Shown piece by piece: positions 49,901 to 59,077 of a stretch of 64,000 nt of DNA. Where the stretch lies: contig DUMQ01000146.1 in the NCBI GenBank assembly GCA_012839815.1, forward strand, positions 6,141-70,140, in the 5' to 3' direction. The translations under genes and the position numbers were made by a program. Position 1 is the stretch's first letter. Every line of letters starts with the position of its first letter. Source of the stretch: Bacillota bacterium (GTDB lineage Bacteria > Bacillota > SHA-98 > Ch115 > JABLXJ01). A model generated the notes under the pieces. The model was not told where the DNA came from, made no database searches, and saw only the letters and a list, made by a program, of their open reading frames with translations.

Positions 49901-52633
49901 GCGGGGTCTGCGGACTTCGTGGGCTCCCTCGGAGGGCGATTTGGTGAGCTCCGGCTGGAGGGAATTGTCGATGCCAGAGATGGCATGGTCGGCGGGGAAA
50001 GGTACCAGAGCCTGAGGGGTAAGGTGGCTGTGAGCAGGACAATGCTCCAGATGTACGGCGTCAGCATAAAGGACGGCCCGGTTGGCTATAATCTAACAGG
50101 TGTAATCGGGTTTGCCGGGGGCCCCGTAGATGTGTCCATGAAGGTGATGGATGCTGACGCCCGCCAGCTTTTGAGGCTTTCAAAAGTGGAGGCGGATATC
50201 ACGGGTACTGTATCCGGCTCCCTCCATATGTCAGGCGTCCCGGGCAAGCTTTCCACCGAGGGGTCCTTAACCCTCGCGCCAGGAACCATCCAGGGCTGGA
50301 AGGTTGATAGAGCAGACCTCTCCTTCAGCAGTGATAGTGAAGGCTTTAAGATCAGGGGATTCGAGGCCCGCCGCAATGGATCGCAGGTCTTTGCCAGCGG
50401 CCGGATCCGGACTGGAGGGGGATCGAAAGGCGCGTTGGACCTTAGTGTTGATGCTAAGGGGTTGAAGGTTGAAGATATCTACCGCGGGGGCGAGGGTCAG
50501 ATATCCCTCACAGGAGTGGTGGATTTTAAAGGGAAGGTGGGCGGCACGCTCTCCAATCCGGCTGCGAAGGGTGAGTTGGAGGCCAGGAATATGACGCTTG
50601 AGGGCGCGAGCTTCGCCTCCGCCAGGGGGATTATAGAAATCCGGGATGGCACCTGCACATTCTCGCCGGTGACCCTGGATGACGGCCGCGGAGAGCTTGT
50701 CGTAACAGGGCGCGCCGGCCTTAAGAAGGACTCCCCCTTGAACCTCAACATCGACGCAAGGCGGGTCCGCCTGAGGAATATCGTTTCAGCGTTCGGACCC
50801 TCCGCCCGGGTTGCAGGTGTGGCTGATATAGACGGTGAGGCGAGCGGGACCATAAAGATCTCGGGGACCCTGGGCCGGCCTAGTTTCTCGCTTAAGGTGA
50901 CTCTGGAGGCCGCCAGGGTTGGCGACGTAAACGTAGGGAAGGTTACAGCCGATGTCTCAGGGGAGGATGGCAAGGTTATCCTGAAATCGCTGCTGGTGGC
51001 TCACGGGAGGGGAACCCTGGGTGCCTCGGGGAGGTTTGTGCCAGGCAGGGATGTTGCGCTCATCGCCGAGGCCAGGCGATTCGACCTGAGCGCGCTGGGG
51101 AAGTTTTTCAACCTGCGCCACAGGCTCACAGGGAGCGCCAACCTCACGGTGAATGTGAGCGGCTCCGCCGACTCGCCTATGGTCACATGCTCGGGTGAGA
51201 TAGCAAATGGAGGCTTTGACAGGCTCTACTTCGACCGTGTAACGGGGACGTTGAGATTCCGTAATGGGGTGGTTTCTCTCGAAAAGGTCCTCGTCACCCA
51301 GGGCCAGCACCGGTTGAATGTATATGGTTCGGTGCCCGTGCCGGATAGATACCTGGCGGCGCTCGGGCTAGGCAAGCCCGGACGGGGAGGGGCGCAGGCG
51401 CGAACCCTTGACCTGTATATCGATATACCGCACGCCAACCTGTCTCTTTTGGGGCTCCTGAGCGACCAGATAGAATGGGCTGAGGGTTCGGGGTCCGTCG
51501 GACTTCACTTTACGGGCTCGCTCGATTCGCCGCGCATAAAGGGCGCGGTGAAGGTTGACGGGGGCAGCGTCAAGCTCGCCCCTCTCCGGGACGCCATAAC
51601 CGGACTAAAAGGAAGTATCATCTTTGAAGGGGACAGGGCGAAAATCGATAAGATAACTGGGACCACGAGGGGCGGGGAATTTACCCTCGGTGGGCAGGTC
51701 GCGTTCAAGGACTTCAGGCGGCCGTATCTTGACCTCCAGATTAAGTCTAATGCCCTGCGCGTTGCAACAGGGGGGCTTGATGCTGTTATAGATGCAGATT
51801 TGACGGTCAAAGGCCCCGCCCAGCTACCGCTGGTTGCAGGTGTGGTGAAGGTACCCAGGGCCCGGATCGGTTTTGGCGGCTGGCGCTTTGCGAGCGGTAC
51901 CCCCTTTAATGCCAAGCTGGATGTGGCTGTTTCAACGGGCAACGATGTCCGCCTGGCCACGAATGGTATAGATGCTGAGCTTCGCGGTAGCCTGAAGGCT
52001 ACAGGAACCTTCAAGAAACCGGCGCTGGTTGGCGAGGTCGAATCCCGGCGTGGCACGTTCGCCTATTTCGGGACGGAGTTCAGACTGAGGGAGGCATATG
52101 CCGAGTTCACCGAGTTTCAGGGTCTGGAGCCCACCATCGATGTGCGTGCAGAGACCGTGGTCGACACAACTCGGATACACCTCGCTTTGAGGGGAAGGCC
52201 TGGCGCGATCCAGACAGACCTGACCTCCGATCCCCCCATGTCGCAGGAGGATATTCTTGCCATGTTGAATTACCCGGGGGCTGTAGCCAGGCTCGCCCAG
52301 GGTGATGTCGAGGGGGTTATGAAGGACGAAGCCATGAGGCTCATCGACCAGCAGCTGCGGCTCCAGGTCGTGGGTAGCATCGAAAACATGTTCAAGAACG
52401 CGCTCAGCCTGGACGAGTTCCGGCTCGAACGCAGCAAGGAGCAGCAACTTACGCTCAAGCTGGGCAAGTATGTTGTTGACAACCTCTACCTGAGCTACTC
52501 TACGACCCTTGGCCCCGTGCGGCACGACGTCTTGAAATTCGAATACATTCAAGGGCGCCACCTCATATTCAACGGGCAGCTTGAGGATGAGGGGCAATAC
52601 AGCGTCGGGGTTGAGGCGAGGTTCCGGTTTTAA
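46922..52633 (+). CDS. tamB: TamB/AsmA-family translocation and assembly protein
   Basis: N-terminal TM, ~1900 aa Gly-rich all-beta repeats, C-terminal TamB motifs (LTSDPPMSQEDIL, LGKY..DNLYLSY); precedes bamA. Confidence 0.9.
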   Translation: MSMRKKALILAVFMSALVVAVLSGYYLLERGVIGERVRLAAAAELERHLGVEMKIDKVTLGAPGVARVSGVRVRMKDASYGAYGSTDLLSSPEVVVNYNPLEIFVRKSGVAGSIKRVTLVRPRIVLARDARGHWNLGDLLEGKALQLQGSGPGRFAGDLEIVDGEITIIDVGEPGSRETFANINGQLSLAKEGVVTGTVELGTTKPVSGRSNGNGRGGKVSADGWFNYRDRSYSLRVKADALPATYAGLKGKSISLGGFKLPEGVWVSNAPEALVGFLKILKEFSAEATGDIEFSGTAGSEPSFKGKISIAKGVLDLSKVYPGVDTLSGEVEGEVSFEGGSGSDPVYSGRLTLKKARVDLRNMPGGIVRFGGDLSGNMAFKSEGASDLSIKGKVVLDKGDIVARDIYRDVRSLSGGVDGEIDFGGRIPVGLLAAGGSPGPEKAGKSGENGLNKAGDIEALLKSVDYSGRISISGGHVDIGAIFPGIDGISGPLDGQVNFQGKAGEKPGYRGVLRMSGAKVRAGDPKSGFKLVEGPVDGEINFEGTLGSAPRYWGKMNLKKARIELGDAKLPASLEGQFEFKDRSMGTATAAAGGLEIGITRASAVVDGSEVTFSGRIWPGRHARVDLSVAAPEFNMESLNRLGELSSRFLPAPVSALSGSRVSGKAAINLRIRGYVGALSCDGTVALAGGSLKLKSLAVPIEKVKGQVRFSGDSVDVVSLEGMLGTARVKVLGSIRNVNDPNLDLRLSADGLDIATVAGMVDQVKVAARGKGTIEATVKGGVDAPFITGEASFDRLSIGDGKLQKARIAFRYGNGSLEVRELYGSVGGGTISGDGVLAFDTGTGSSNSFRARNSLFTLKAQNVDLEALGALASGAGAAPGPGSGLNINDLGLRGRLTGSAIVKGSGNNYRATGSFDVTSGTIGQYPFDHVEADTRFTREGIAFDRLVLQCGKTGIHARGEVRLAAKSVSIGLTGRDIDLKALMGLFTPGQGWLAGSADFVGSLGGRFGELRLEGIVDARDGMVGGERYQSLRGKVAVSRTMLQMYGVSIKDGPVGYNLTGVIGFAGGPVDVSMKVMDADARQLLRLSKVEADITGTVSGSLHMSGVPGKLSTEGSLTLAPGTIQGWKVDRADLSFSSDSEGFKIRGFEARRNGSQVFASGRIRTGGGSKGALDLSVDAKGLKVEDIYRGGEGQISLTGVVDFKGKVGGTLSNPAAKGELEARNMTLEGASFASARGIIEIRDGTCTFSPVTLDDGRGELVVTGRAGLKKDSPLNLNIDARRVRLRNIVSAFGPSARVAGVADIDGEASGTIKISGTLGRPSFSLKVTLEAARVGDVNVGKVTADVSGEDGKVILKSLLVAHGRGTLGASGRFVPGRDVALIAEARRFDLSALGKFFNLRHRLTGSANLTVNVSGSADSPMVTCSGEIANGGFDRLYFDRVTGTLRFRNGVVSLEKVLVTQGQHRLNVYGSVPVPDRYLAALGLGKPGRGGAQARTLDLYIDIPHANLSLLGLLSDQIEWAEGSGSVGLHFTGSLDSPRIKGAVKVDGGSVKLAPLRDAITGLKGSIIFEGDRAKIDKITGTTRGGEFTLGGQVAFKDFRRPYLDLQIKSNALRVATGGLDAVIDADLTVKGPAQLPLVAGVVKVPRARIGFGGWRFASGTPFNAKLDVAVSTGNDVRLATNGIDAELRGSLKATGTFKKPALVGEVESRRGTFAYFGTEFRLREAYAEFTEFQGLEPTIDVRAETVVDTTRIHLALRGRPGAIQTDLTSDPPMSQEDILAMLNYPGAVARLAQGDVEGVMKDEAMRLIDQQLRLQVVGSIENMFKNALSLDEFRLERSKEQQLTLKLGKYVVDNLYLSYSTTLGPVRHDVLKFEYIQGRHLIFNGQLEDEGQYSVGVEARFRF

Positions 52634-52687
52634 AAAGAGGCCTGGAAGGGATTTCATTATGCTGAAACATTTTGCTGATTGGCACGG

Positions 52688-52714
52688 GCAGGAATTGTAC
52701 CCGATGAGTCGAAT
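52688..52714 (+). promoter_or_regulatory. SigH-type promoter motif before bamA
   Basis: GCAGGAATT-11 nt-GTCGAAT. Confidence 0.6.
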
Positions 52715-52762
52715 CCATATGCCTCAGGGGGTCTTTCTGGGGCGCAAAAGGAGGCAGGATCG

Positions 52763-54493
52763 GTGGTAAGGTTGAAGAAGGTGCTGGTTTCGATAGCTGT
52801 CATGACAGTCATGCTCGGGATGATTGCGGTAGGTCAGGTCGCTTCCGGAGCTGAGACGCAGGGGAGCAAGATCGTTGCCATCGAAGTCCAGGGCAATTCG
52901 AATATCCCATCTGAGACTATTCTCGAAGCTGTGAAGGTTAAGGTAGGAGATACGCTCTCAGAGGAAAAGGTCAAGGCGGACATGAAGGCTATCAGCGACC
53001 TGGGCTATTTCTATAACGTGAGCGCGAGGACCGTGCCTCACACCGGGGGTGTCCGGCTGGTATATGAGGTGGTCGAGAACCCGAAGCTTAAAAGCATTAC
53101 ATTCAAGGGTAACAAGATGGTGAGCACAGATAAGCTAGACTTGCTCATGAGCGTAAAGATCAATGATGTGCTCAACGTCAAGAAACTCAACGGTGACCTG
53201 GAGCGGATCCTAAAGTACTACTATAATCAAGGCTATTCGGCCCGGATATCCGATGTCAGCGTTACCCCGGAAGGCGAGGTCACGATCTCGATTGTCGAGG
53301 CCACCATCGGGGCAATAAAGGTCGAGGGGAATCAGAAGACGAAGACCAAGGTGATTACCAGGGAGATCTCGGTCAAGCCCGGTGATATCTTCGACGTCAA
53401 TAAGATTCGCGAGGACATGAGGCGCATATACAACCTTGGCATCTTTGAGAATGTCGATGTCAAGCTGGATCTCAACAAGGAGACGGATAGCTATAGCGTC
53501 AACTATATTGTTAAGGAACGCCGCACGGGCAGCGCAAACCTTGGGGTTGCCTGGAGCTCAACGGAAGGGTTCCTCGGGTACATAGATGTGGGCGATGAGA
53601 ACTTCCTCGGGAACCACCAAAAGGTCAATTTGAGATGGGAATTCGGTGCTAACAAGAATATGTACGAGATAGGCTTCTATGAACCCTGGCTTGATGCAAA
53701 AAGGACCTCCCTCGGTTTCAACCTCTATAATCGCAGGACGGATATCGAAAGAAGCTGGGATGGCGAGGTCTATACGTACAGCGTTGCAGGCGACCCGCCT
53801 GAGAAGGTAAAATACACCGAGATACGCAGGGGCGGCGACATCACGATTGGACGGCCGCTCAACCTTGATACCCGGCTCTACCTGACCTTGAGGATCGATG
53901 ATACGGATTTGAGACCCATAACCGAGGGCCTGGGCTGGGTCAACCCTGCGAGCGGCGAAACGAGGAGCGTTACCGTTGCTGCTGTTAACGACACGCGGGA
54001 TAACATTATGAACCCTTCGTCGGGCAGCCGGAAGAAGCTATCCGTGGAGCTTGCCGGAGGCCTCCTGGGCGGGGATTACACCTTCGGTAAATACCAGGTC
54101 GACGGCAGCACGTATTTCAAGACACGGCCCGATCAGGTCCTGGCGCTGCATCTCGCTGCCGGCTTCTCTAGCGGCGAGCTCCCACTGACGGAGCAATACA
54201 AGGTAGGCGGGTCGGAGTCGATCCGCGGGTACAAGTATGGCCGGTTCTACGGCGACAAGATGCTGTATGCCAACGCAGAATACCGTTTCCGGATCACCAA
54301 AGGCCTCCAGGGCGTACTATTCGTCGATGCTGGCAACGCCTGGGTTAACGATGAGGCGATGGATCTCAATAGCCTCTATACGGGCCTCGGTGTTGGAGTA
54401 CGTATCGACACGCCTATCGGGTTGTTGCGTATCGATTATGGGACCGGGCGTGAGGGGGGACAGACTTATTTCAGCTTCGGCCAGACATTCTGA
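52763..54493 (+). CDS. bamA: Outer membrane protein assembly factor BamA (Omp85)
   Basis: Signal peptide, three POTRA-like repeats (I.V.GN), GG..SIRGY, FVDAG.A, G.GVR..TP.G..R.DY, C-terminal FGQTF. Confidence 0.94.
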   Translation: MVRLKKVLVSIAVMTVMLGMIAVGQVASGAETQGSKIVAIEVQGNSNIPSETILEAVKVKVGDTLSEEKVKADMKAISDLGYFYNVSARTVPHTGGVRLVYEVVENPKLKSITFKGNKMVSTDKLDLLMSVKINDVLNVKKLNGDLERILKYYYNQGYSARISDVSVTPEGEVTISIVEATIGAIKVEGNQKTKTKVITREISVKPGDIFDVNKIREDMRRIYNLGIFENVDVKLDLNKETDSYSVNYIVKERRTGSANLGVAWSSTEGFLGYIDVGDENFLGNHQKVNLRWEFGANKNMYEIGFYEPWLDAKRTSLGFNLYNRRTDIERSWDGEVYTYSVAGDPPEKVKYTEIRRGGDITIGRPLNLDTRLYLTLRIDDTDLRPITEGLGWVNPASGETRSVTVAAVNDTRDNIMNPSSGSRKKLSVELAGGLLGGDYTFGKYQVDGSTYFKTRPDQVLALHLAAGFSSGELPLTEQYKVGGSESIRGYKYGRFYGDKMLYANAEYRFRITKGLQGVLFVDAGNAWVNDEAMDLNSLYTGLGVGVRIDTPIGLLRIDYGTGREGGQTYFSFGQTF

Positions 54494-54592
54494 CGGCTTC
54501 GGTCAGGCATTTTGTTATACCTTCGGGTAGGAAGAATGATATCATCAGTCATTAGTCATCGGTCATCAGTATTGAAAGATTGAAAGGAATGA

Positions 54593-55063
54593 TTGAACAT
54601 GCGCAGGCTCAACATTAGGGCTCTGGCTCTTGGTTCGATAGGGATTGTCGTTGTGGCTCTTATAGCGGCGGGGGGATTCACCCTGGTACCACGGGCCGCG
54701 GGTCAGAGCAGCCAGGTTATTGGCTATGTTAACGTGAACAAGATATTTGCAGAGTACCCGGATTTCCAGAAGGGCATGGCCGCGCTGCAAAAGGAGCTCC
54801 AGGCCATGCAAAAGGAGCTTGATGCGAAGGTCGAGGGGCTTGATACTAACAGTAAGGTAAAGATGCGTGACGAATACCAGGCCAGGCTGGATAAGCGTAA
54901 AGCCGAGGTGCTCGGGCCCCTGGAGAAAAAGGTCAACCAGGCGATCGAGGATGTAGCTAAGGCGTCCGGGGTTTCCGTGGTGCTCTCGAATCAGGCAGTG
55001 ATCTATGGTGGAAAGGACCTCACGGATGAGGTCATAAAGAGGCTTGGTGGGTCGAAGAAGTAA
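54593..55063 (+). CDS. skp: OmpH/Skp periplasmic chaperone
   Basis: Signal peptide, IGYVN...IF..YP, AI..VAK..G..VVL, YGG.DLT..V. Confidence 0.9.
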   Translation: MNMRRLNIRALALGSIGIVVVALIAAGGFTLVPRAAGQSSQVIGYVNVNKIFAEYPDFQKGMAALQKELQAMQKELDAKVEGLDTNSKVKMRDEYQARLDKRKAEVLGPLEKKVNQAIEDVAKASGVSVVLSNQAVIYGGKDLTDEVIKRLGGSKK

Positions 55064-55247
55064 CCTGATAAGCCGTTATCAGTCGGTTATCCTCGTTGTT
55101 TTGGTTGTAGTTGTTTTGTGGTGCGGCGGCCGGGCGCATGTGCTTTGCTTAATGCTTTGCGCAATGCGCTCGGTTGCTCGTTTTGACGCTAAATCGAGGC
55201 TCATACCGGATGATGGGGTTAGCCTGGATGACCAGGGGGCGCTTTGG

Positions 55248-56447
55248 ATGAAGACTGTGAAGCTGGCGTTGTCGTCGAAGGAGTTGAAAAGGAGATCCTT
55301 AATAGCCAGGATAGCTGGCATCGGTTTGGTTTTTTTGTGCCTCTCGAGCTTCGCAGGGGTTTGGGGGAGGGAGAGTAGACCTCGTGCCTTTGTAGATATG
55401 ACCCGGGCATTAGAGGGACACCCTGGATGGGGAAAGATCCGGGCCATCGAGCGGGAGATGGAGGAGAGCAAGGCGAAATGGCAGGACTATGTAGATAACT
55501 CCCTCCTGACGGAGCAGGACATCAATGCTTACTACGCCAGGGTTAAGGCGCGGCTCGAGGAGGAGGCCCGGGAGGTAGAGAAAAAGCGGTCGGCCAGCGT
55601 TCAGAACGAGGCCGCGGCCATGGCGAAGAAGATCGACCGCTACAAGGATGATGTGAGAGCAGCGGTGGACCAGAAGGTCCAGGCGCAGGCTGAGATCTTG
55701 CGGCAACAGGTGGAAGACGATCTCTACGCCGAGCAGGGGAGATTGAACAATGAATTCGATGAGTTCAAGAAGGAGATCGCCAGGGGTTATTACCTGCCTA
55801 TGTTGAACCTCCAACTCAAGCTGAAGCTCGCCCAGCTCAAGGAGGTTGAAAGGAAGGCCCTGGAGGCTGAGCTGGAGAGATTGCAGAGTGAAATGGAGGG
55901 CCAGATAAGGTCGAAAGACGAAGAGCTGAAGAAACGATATGAACAATACGCCAACGAAAGGTGGCAACAGGCCGAGGAACAGCTCGAGGCGTTTCGAGCT
56001 GAAGAGGCGAAGGCCGCCGCTGATATGGTCGCCCGTTACGGGGCAGAGCTCGAGCGGGAGTTCGAGTCGAAAGTGAAGCTGGTGGATGAGAAGCTGAGCA
56101 AGGACGCTCAAAACCACAGGGAGGAGATCATAAGGGAAGCCAACGCTGAGCTCCAGGCGAGGCAGGCCGAGCTCGGTTCGAGGCTGGCTGCCGAGGAAGA
56201 GCGTTTTCGAAGGCGCTACGATGCCCTGCGGGAGGAGAGGGCCGCTCTCGAGGCTGAGATGAGGAAGGAGATCGAGACTGCCGCGCGCGCTATCGCTGCC
56301 GCGCGTGGCCTCGACGTTCATTTCATTGAGGGGTCTCAAACCGGAGAGGGAGGGCCCCAAGACACCGGGACAGGTGGGGTACAGGGCAAGATGTTAGATA
56401 TTACTGACGACGTCATCCAGTATCTTAATTCTCCTCCTCATGCCTGA
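55248..56447 (+). CDS. Elongated OmpH/Skp-like coiled-coil protein
   Basis: AFVDM..AL..HP start, long E/K/R/A coiled coil, AIAAARGL.V...DITDDV end. Confidence 0.7.
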   Translation: MKTVKLALSSKELKRRSLIARIAGIGLVFLCLSSFAGVWGRESRPRAFVDMTRALEGHPGWGKIRAIEREMEESKAKWQDYVDNSLLTEQDINAYYARVKARLEEEAREVEKKRSASVQNEAAAMAKKIDRYKDDVRAAVDQKVQAQAEILRQQVEDDLYAEQGRLNNEFDEFKKEIARGYYLPMLNLQLKLKLAQLKEVERKALEAELERLQSEMEGQIRSKDEELKKRYEQYANERWQQAEEQLEAFRAEEAKAAADMVARYGAELEREFESKVKLVDEKLSKDAQNHREEIIREANAELQARQAELGSRLAAEEERFRRRYDALREERAALEAEMRKEIETAARAIAAARGLDVHFIEGSQTGEGGPQDTGTGGVQGKMLDITDDVIQYLNSPPHA

Positions 56448-56448
56448 A

Positions 56449-56505
56449 GGGGCTGTTGAAGAATTGGCAAAAGGGGGTTCAAAAAGAGACTTCTTCAACA
56501 GCCCC
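56449..56505. mobile_element. 57-bp MITE/IS-end remnant
   Basis: 15-bp perfect terminal inverted repeats GGGGCTGTTGAAGAA/TTCTTCAACAGCCCC flanked by TGAA direct repeats (56445-56448, 56506-56509). Confidence 0.7.
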
Positions 56506-56536
56506 TGAAGGCGGGGGCTAAGCGTGGTTACAAGAG

Positions 56537-57814
56537 ATGATATATAACGAGGTGAGAAATTTGGGCGAGGGTGAAAATTTGGATATCAAGGTCGAGCCCG
56601 GGGCAGGGGCTGCGCCCGACGCCGGGGTCGGTCCCGGGGCCGCGGTTGGAGCTGGGGCCAGAGTCAGGGTAAAGGACCTGGCCCGCCTCGTGGGTGGTGA
56701 GCTCATCGGGGACCCTGGTGGGTTTGATATTGAAATCGCAGGTGCTGGATCGACCGAAGGTGTAGGAGAGGGACAGGTCACCTTTGCGGTGGATGCAAAG
56801 CACCTGCAGGCCGCTTTGAAGAGCAGAGCTGCCTGCGTAATCACCTCGCCGGCAGCTTTATCGTCGTTATCATCGCTACCGTCGCCATCGACGCTGCCAT
56901 CGCCAGCGCCGCGGGCGTCGCGGGGGGGTACGCCGGCGGCGTCTCCAACGCAGCAGGGGTCGACCAAACCAGTTATCCTTGTGAAAAATCCGCGCCTCGC
57001 CTTCGCCAGGGTGCTCGAGGTCTTTGCGCCGGAATTCGAGCCGCCCGCTGGTATTCATCCAACCAGCGTCATCGGCGAGGGCGTTGTCACCGGTACTGGT
57101 GTGTCTATCGGGCCGTTTGTAGTCGTTGAGCGGGGCGCCAAGATTGGAAACCGGGTCGTCCTGTATCCCGGGGTTTACATCGGCCATGAAGCCGAGATCG
57201 GGGACGGCACGCGCATCTATGCAAATGCAGTTATACGGGAGCGGGTCAAGATCGGTAGAAATGTGGTGATCCACCCAGGGGCCGTCATCGGGGGCGATGG
57301 CTTCGGCTTTGTCCAGGACGATGAGGGCGCGCACCACAAGATACCTCAGATCGGGACCGTAATAATCGAGGATGAGGTTGAGATCGGGTCCAACGCATGC
57401 GTGGACCGGGCGACGACGGATGCCACGATAATAAGGCGGGGGACCAAGATAGATAACCTGGTCCAGATCGCCCACAATTGCCTAATCGGGCGGAATGTGA
57501 TAATAGCTGGCCAGGCAGGTATAGCCGGGAGCGCGATACTTGAGGACGGTGTGGTTCTTGGGGGCCAGGTCGGCGTTGTCGATCATGTAAGAATCGGCCA
57601 GGGTACGATTATTGGCGGCATGTCGGGTGTTACGGGGAGCATCCCGCCCGGGTGTTTTTACTCGGGTAACCCGGCGCGCCCGCACCAGGAGGACCTGGCG
57701 ATCGAGGTGGCGAGGCGGAGACTCCCTGAGCTCATGAAGACCGTAAAGAATCTGGAGGCGAGGATCAAGGAGCTTGAAAATCTGCTGAATCCTGGAACTA
57801 GGCCGCGGGAATAA
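56537..57814 (+). CDS. lpxD: UDP-3-O-(3-hydroxyacyl)glucosamine N-acyltransferase LpxD
   Basis: NPRLAFA, hexapeptide repeats, [30 protein letters not shown]. Confidence 0.95.
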   Translation: MIYNEVRNLGEGENLDIKVEPGAGAAPDAGVGPGAAVGAGARVRVKDLARLVGGELIGDPGGFDIEIAGAGSTEGVGEGQVTFAVDAKHLQAALKSRAACVITSPAALSSLSSLPSPSTLPSPAPRASRGGTPAASPTQQGSTKPVILVKNPRLAFARVLEVFAPEFEPPAGIHPTSVIGEGVVTGTGVSIGPFVVVERGAKIGNRVVLYPGVYIGHEAEIGDGTRIYANAVIRERVKIGRNVVIHPGAVIGGDGFGFVQDDEGAHHKIPQIGTVIIEDEVEIGSNACVDRATTDATIIRRGTKIDNLVQIAHNCLIGRNVIIAGQAGIAGSAILEDGVVLGGQVGVVDHVRIGQGTIIGGMSGVTGSIPPGCFYSGNPARPHQEDLAIEVARRRLPELMKTVKNLEARIKELENLLNPGTRPRE

Positions 57815-57902
57815 ATAACTTTTCCACACCGACCTGGATTTGCTTAAATCTGCTAGGGTAGAAGGTTTTTGGACCTTGAAGGCGAAAGATATATAATAAT
57901 TA

Positions 57903-58913
57903 ATGTTGCAGGAAATATATCCAGAAGGTGGGAAAGAGTTCATGCCCGGAAGAATTGCTATGCCTGGAAAGCCTAAAAGGTCACGGGTCGTTGCCCCGTT
58001 TATTTCTACCCTCGCAGTATTTGTCTGCATGTTGGTGCTGGGCTCCATGTTGATGCCGGGAGTCGCTATGCCGGCATACGCTTGCGTTGGTGCGCGGCCT
58101 CTGGCCATGGGCGGTGCGTTTGTCGCCGTGGCCGATGATTCCTCGGCGGTTTACTGGAACCCGGCGGGCCTGGCGCAGCTCAAGTCCAAAGAGCTTTCGT
58201 TGACTTACACCCTTAACAACAGGGATACATTTAATTACGATGAGTTTCTGGTTTACGCTGAGCCTGACACCGGTAAAGGGGCAGGAGGCATAAGCTGGAT
58301 CAAGGAGCACTACCTTCTTCGAGTGGATGACGCAGGGGAGTTGTACTATTCCAGCAACTGGTTTACCTATTCATATGCCAGGCGCCCATCACGTGATTTT
58401 TACGTCGGTGCAAATATCAGGTATGAGAAACACAGCCTCTATCGCCCCAATGTAGTGGAGGCGACGGGCAATCGGTGGGGCATTGACCTGGGCATGCTAT
58501 ACAAGGCCACCCCCAGGCTTTCGCTGGGGCTGCTCGTCCAGGATATAAACGGCTCGCCGGTCGCGTGGAGCGACGGGAGCGAGACCCTTACAGCTGTAAA
58601 TATAAGGCCCGGTATAGCCTACCGGCCGGATAACGCGACCACGGTTGCCCTTGACCTCTATGATATAGCTGGTGAGGGTGGGCCGCCCGGCACGATCCGG
58701 TTTGGCGTCGAAAGGTGGCTGACGAAGAAGTTCGCCATCCGGGGCGGCTACTATCAAATCGACGAGACGAGCGGGTCGATCACGGCGGGGGTCGGCTACA
58801 GGTCTGAGAAGGATAACTTTGAGTTTGACTACGTGTTCCTCGGGCCGGGTCTCAGGGCTGGCGATAAGGGCCTTGGCAATACCCATCAGATAGGGGTGTC
58901 GCTAAGGTTTTGA
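57903..58913 (+). CDS. Outer membrane beta-barrel protein (PorV/FadL-like, UPF0164-type); start may be downstream
   Basis: GARPLAMGGAFVAVADD.SA.YWNPAGL, amphipathic strands, C-terminal Phe. Confidence 0.8.
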   Translation: MLQEIYPEGGKEFMPGRIAMPGKPKRSRVVAPFISTLAVFVCMLVLGSMLMPGVAMPAYACVGARPLAMGGAFVAVADDSSAVYWNPAGLAQLKSKELSLTYTLNNRDTFNYDEFLVYAEPDTGKGAGGISWIKEHYLLRVDDAGELYYSSNWFTYSYARRPSRDFYVGANIRYEKHSLYRPNVVEATGNRWGIDLGMLYKATPRLSLGLLVQDINGSPVAWSDGSETLTAVNIRPGIAYRPDNATTVALDLYDIAGEGGPPGTIRFGVERWLTKKFAIRGGYYQIDETSGSITAGVGYRSEKDNFEFDYVFLGPGLRAGDKGLGNTHQIGVSLRF

Positions 58914-59077
58914 GGTGATATGGTTTTCCTCAACCTCATCAGGTGCTACTCAAGGATATGACCGCGGTGATACCCATATAGGCCCCTTACCCTCCTAAGC
59001 TCCTGTTTTAACTTCTCTATCTCTTCCTTTTGCTTCTTCCTTTCCCCGGCAAGGGCGTCGTCGATGGAGGTGGGGAC

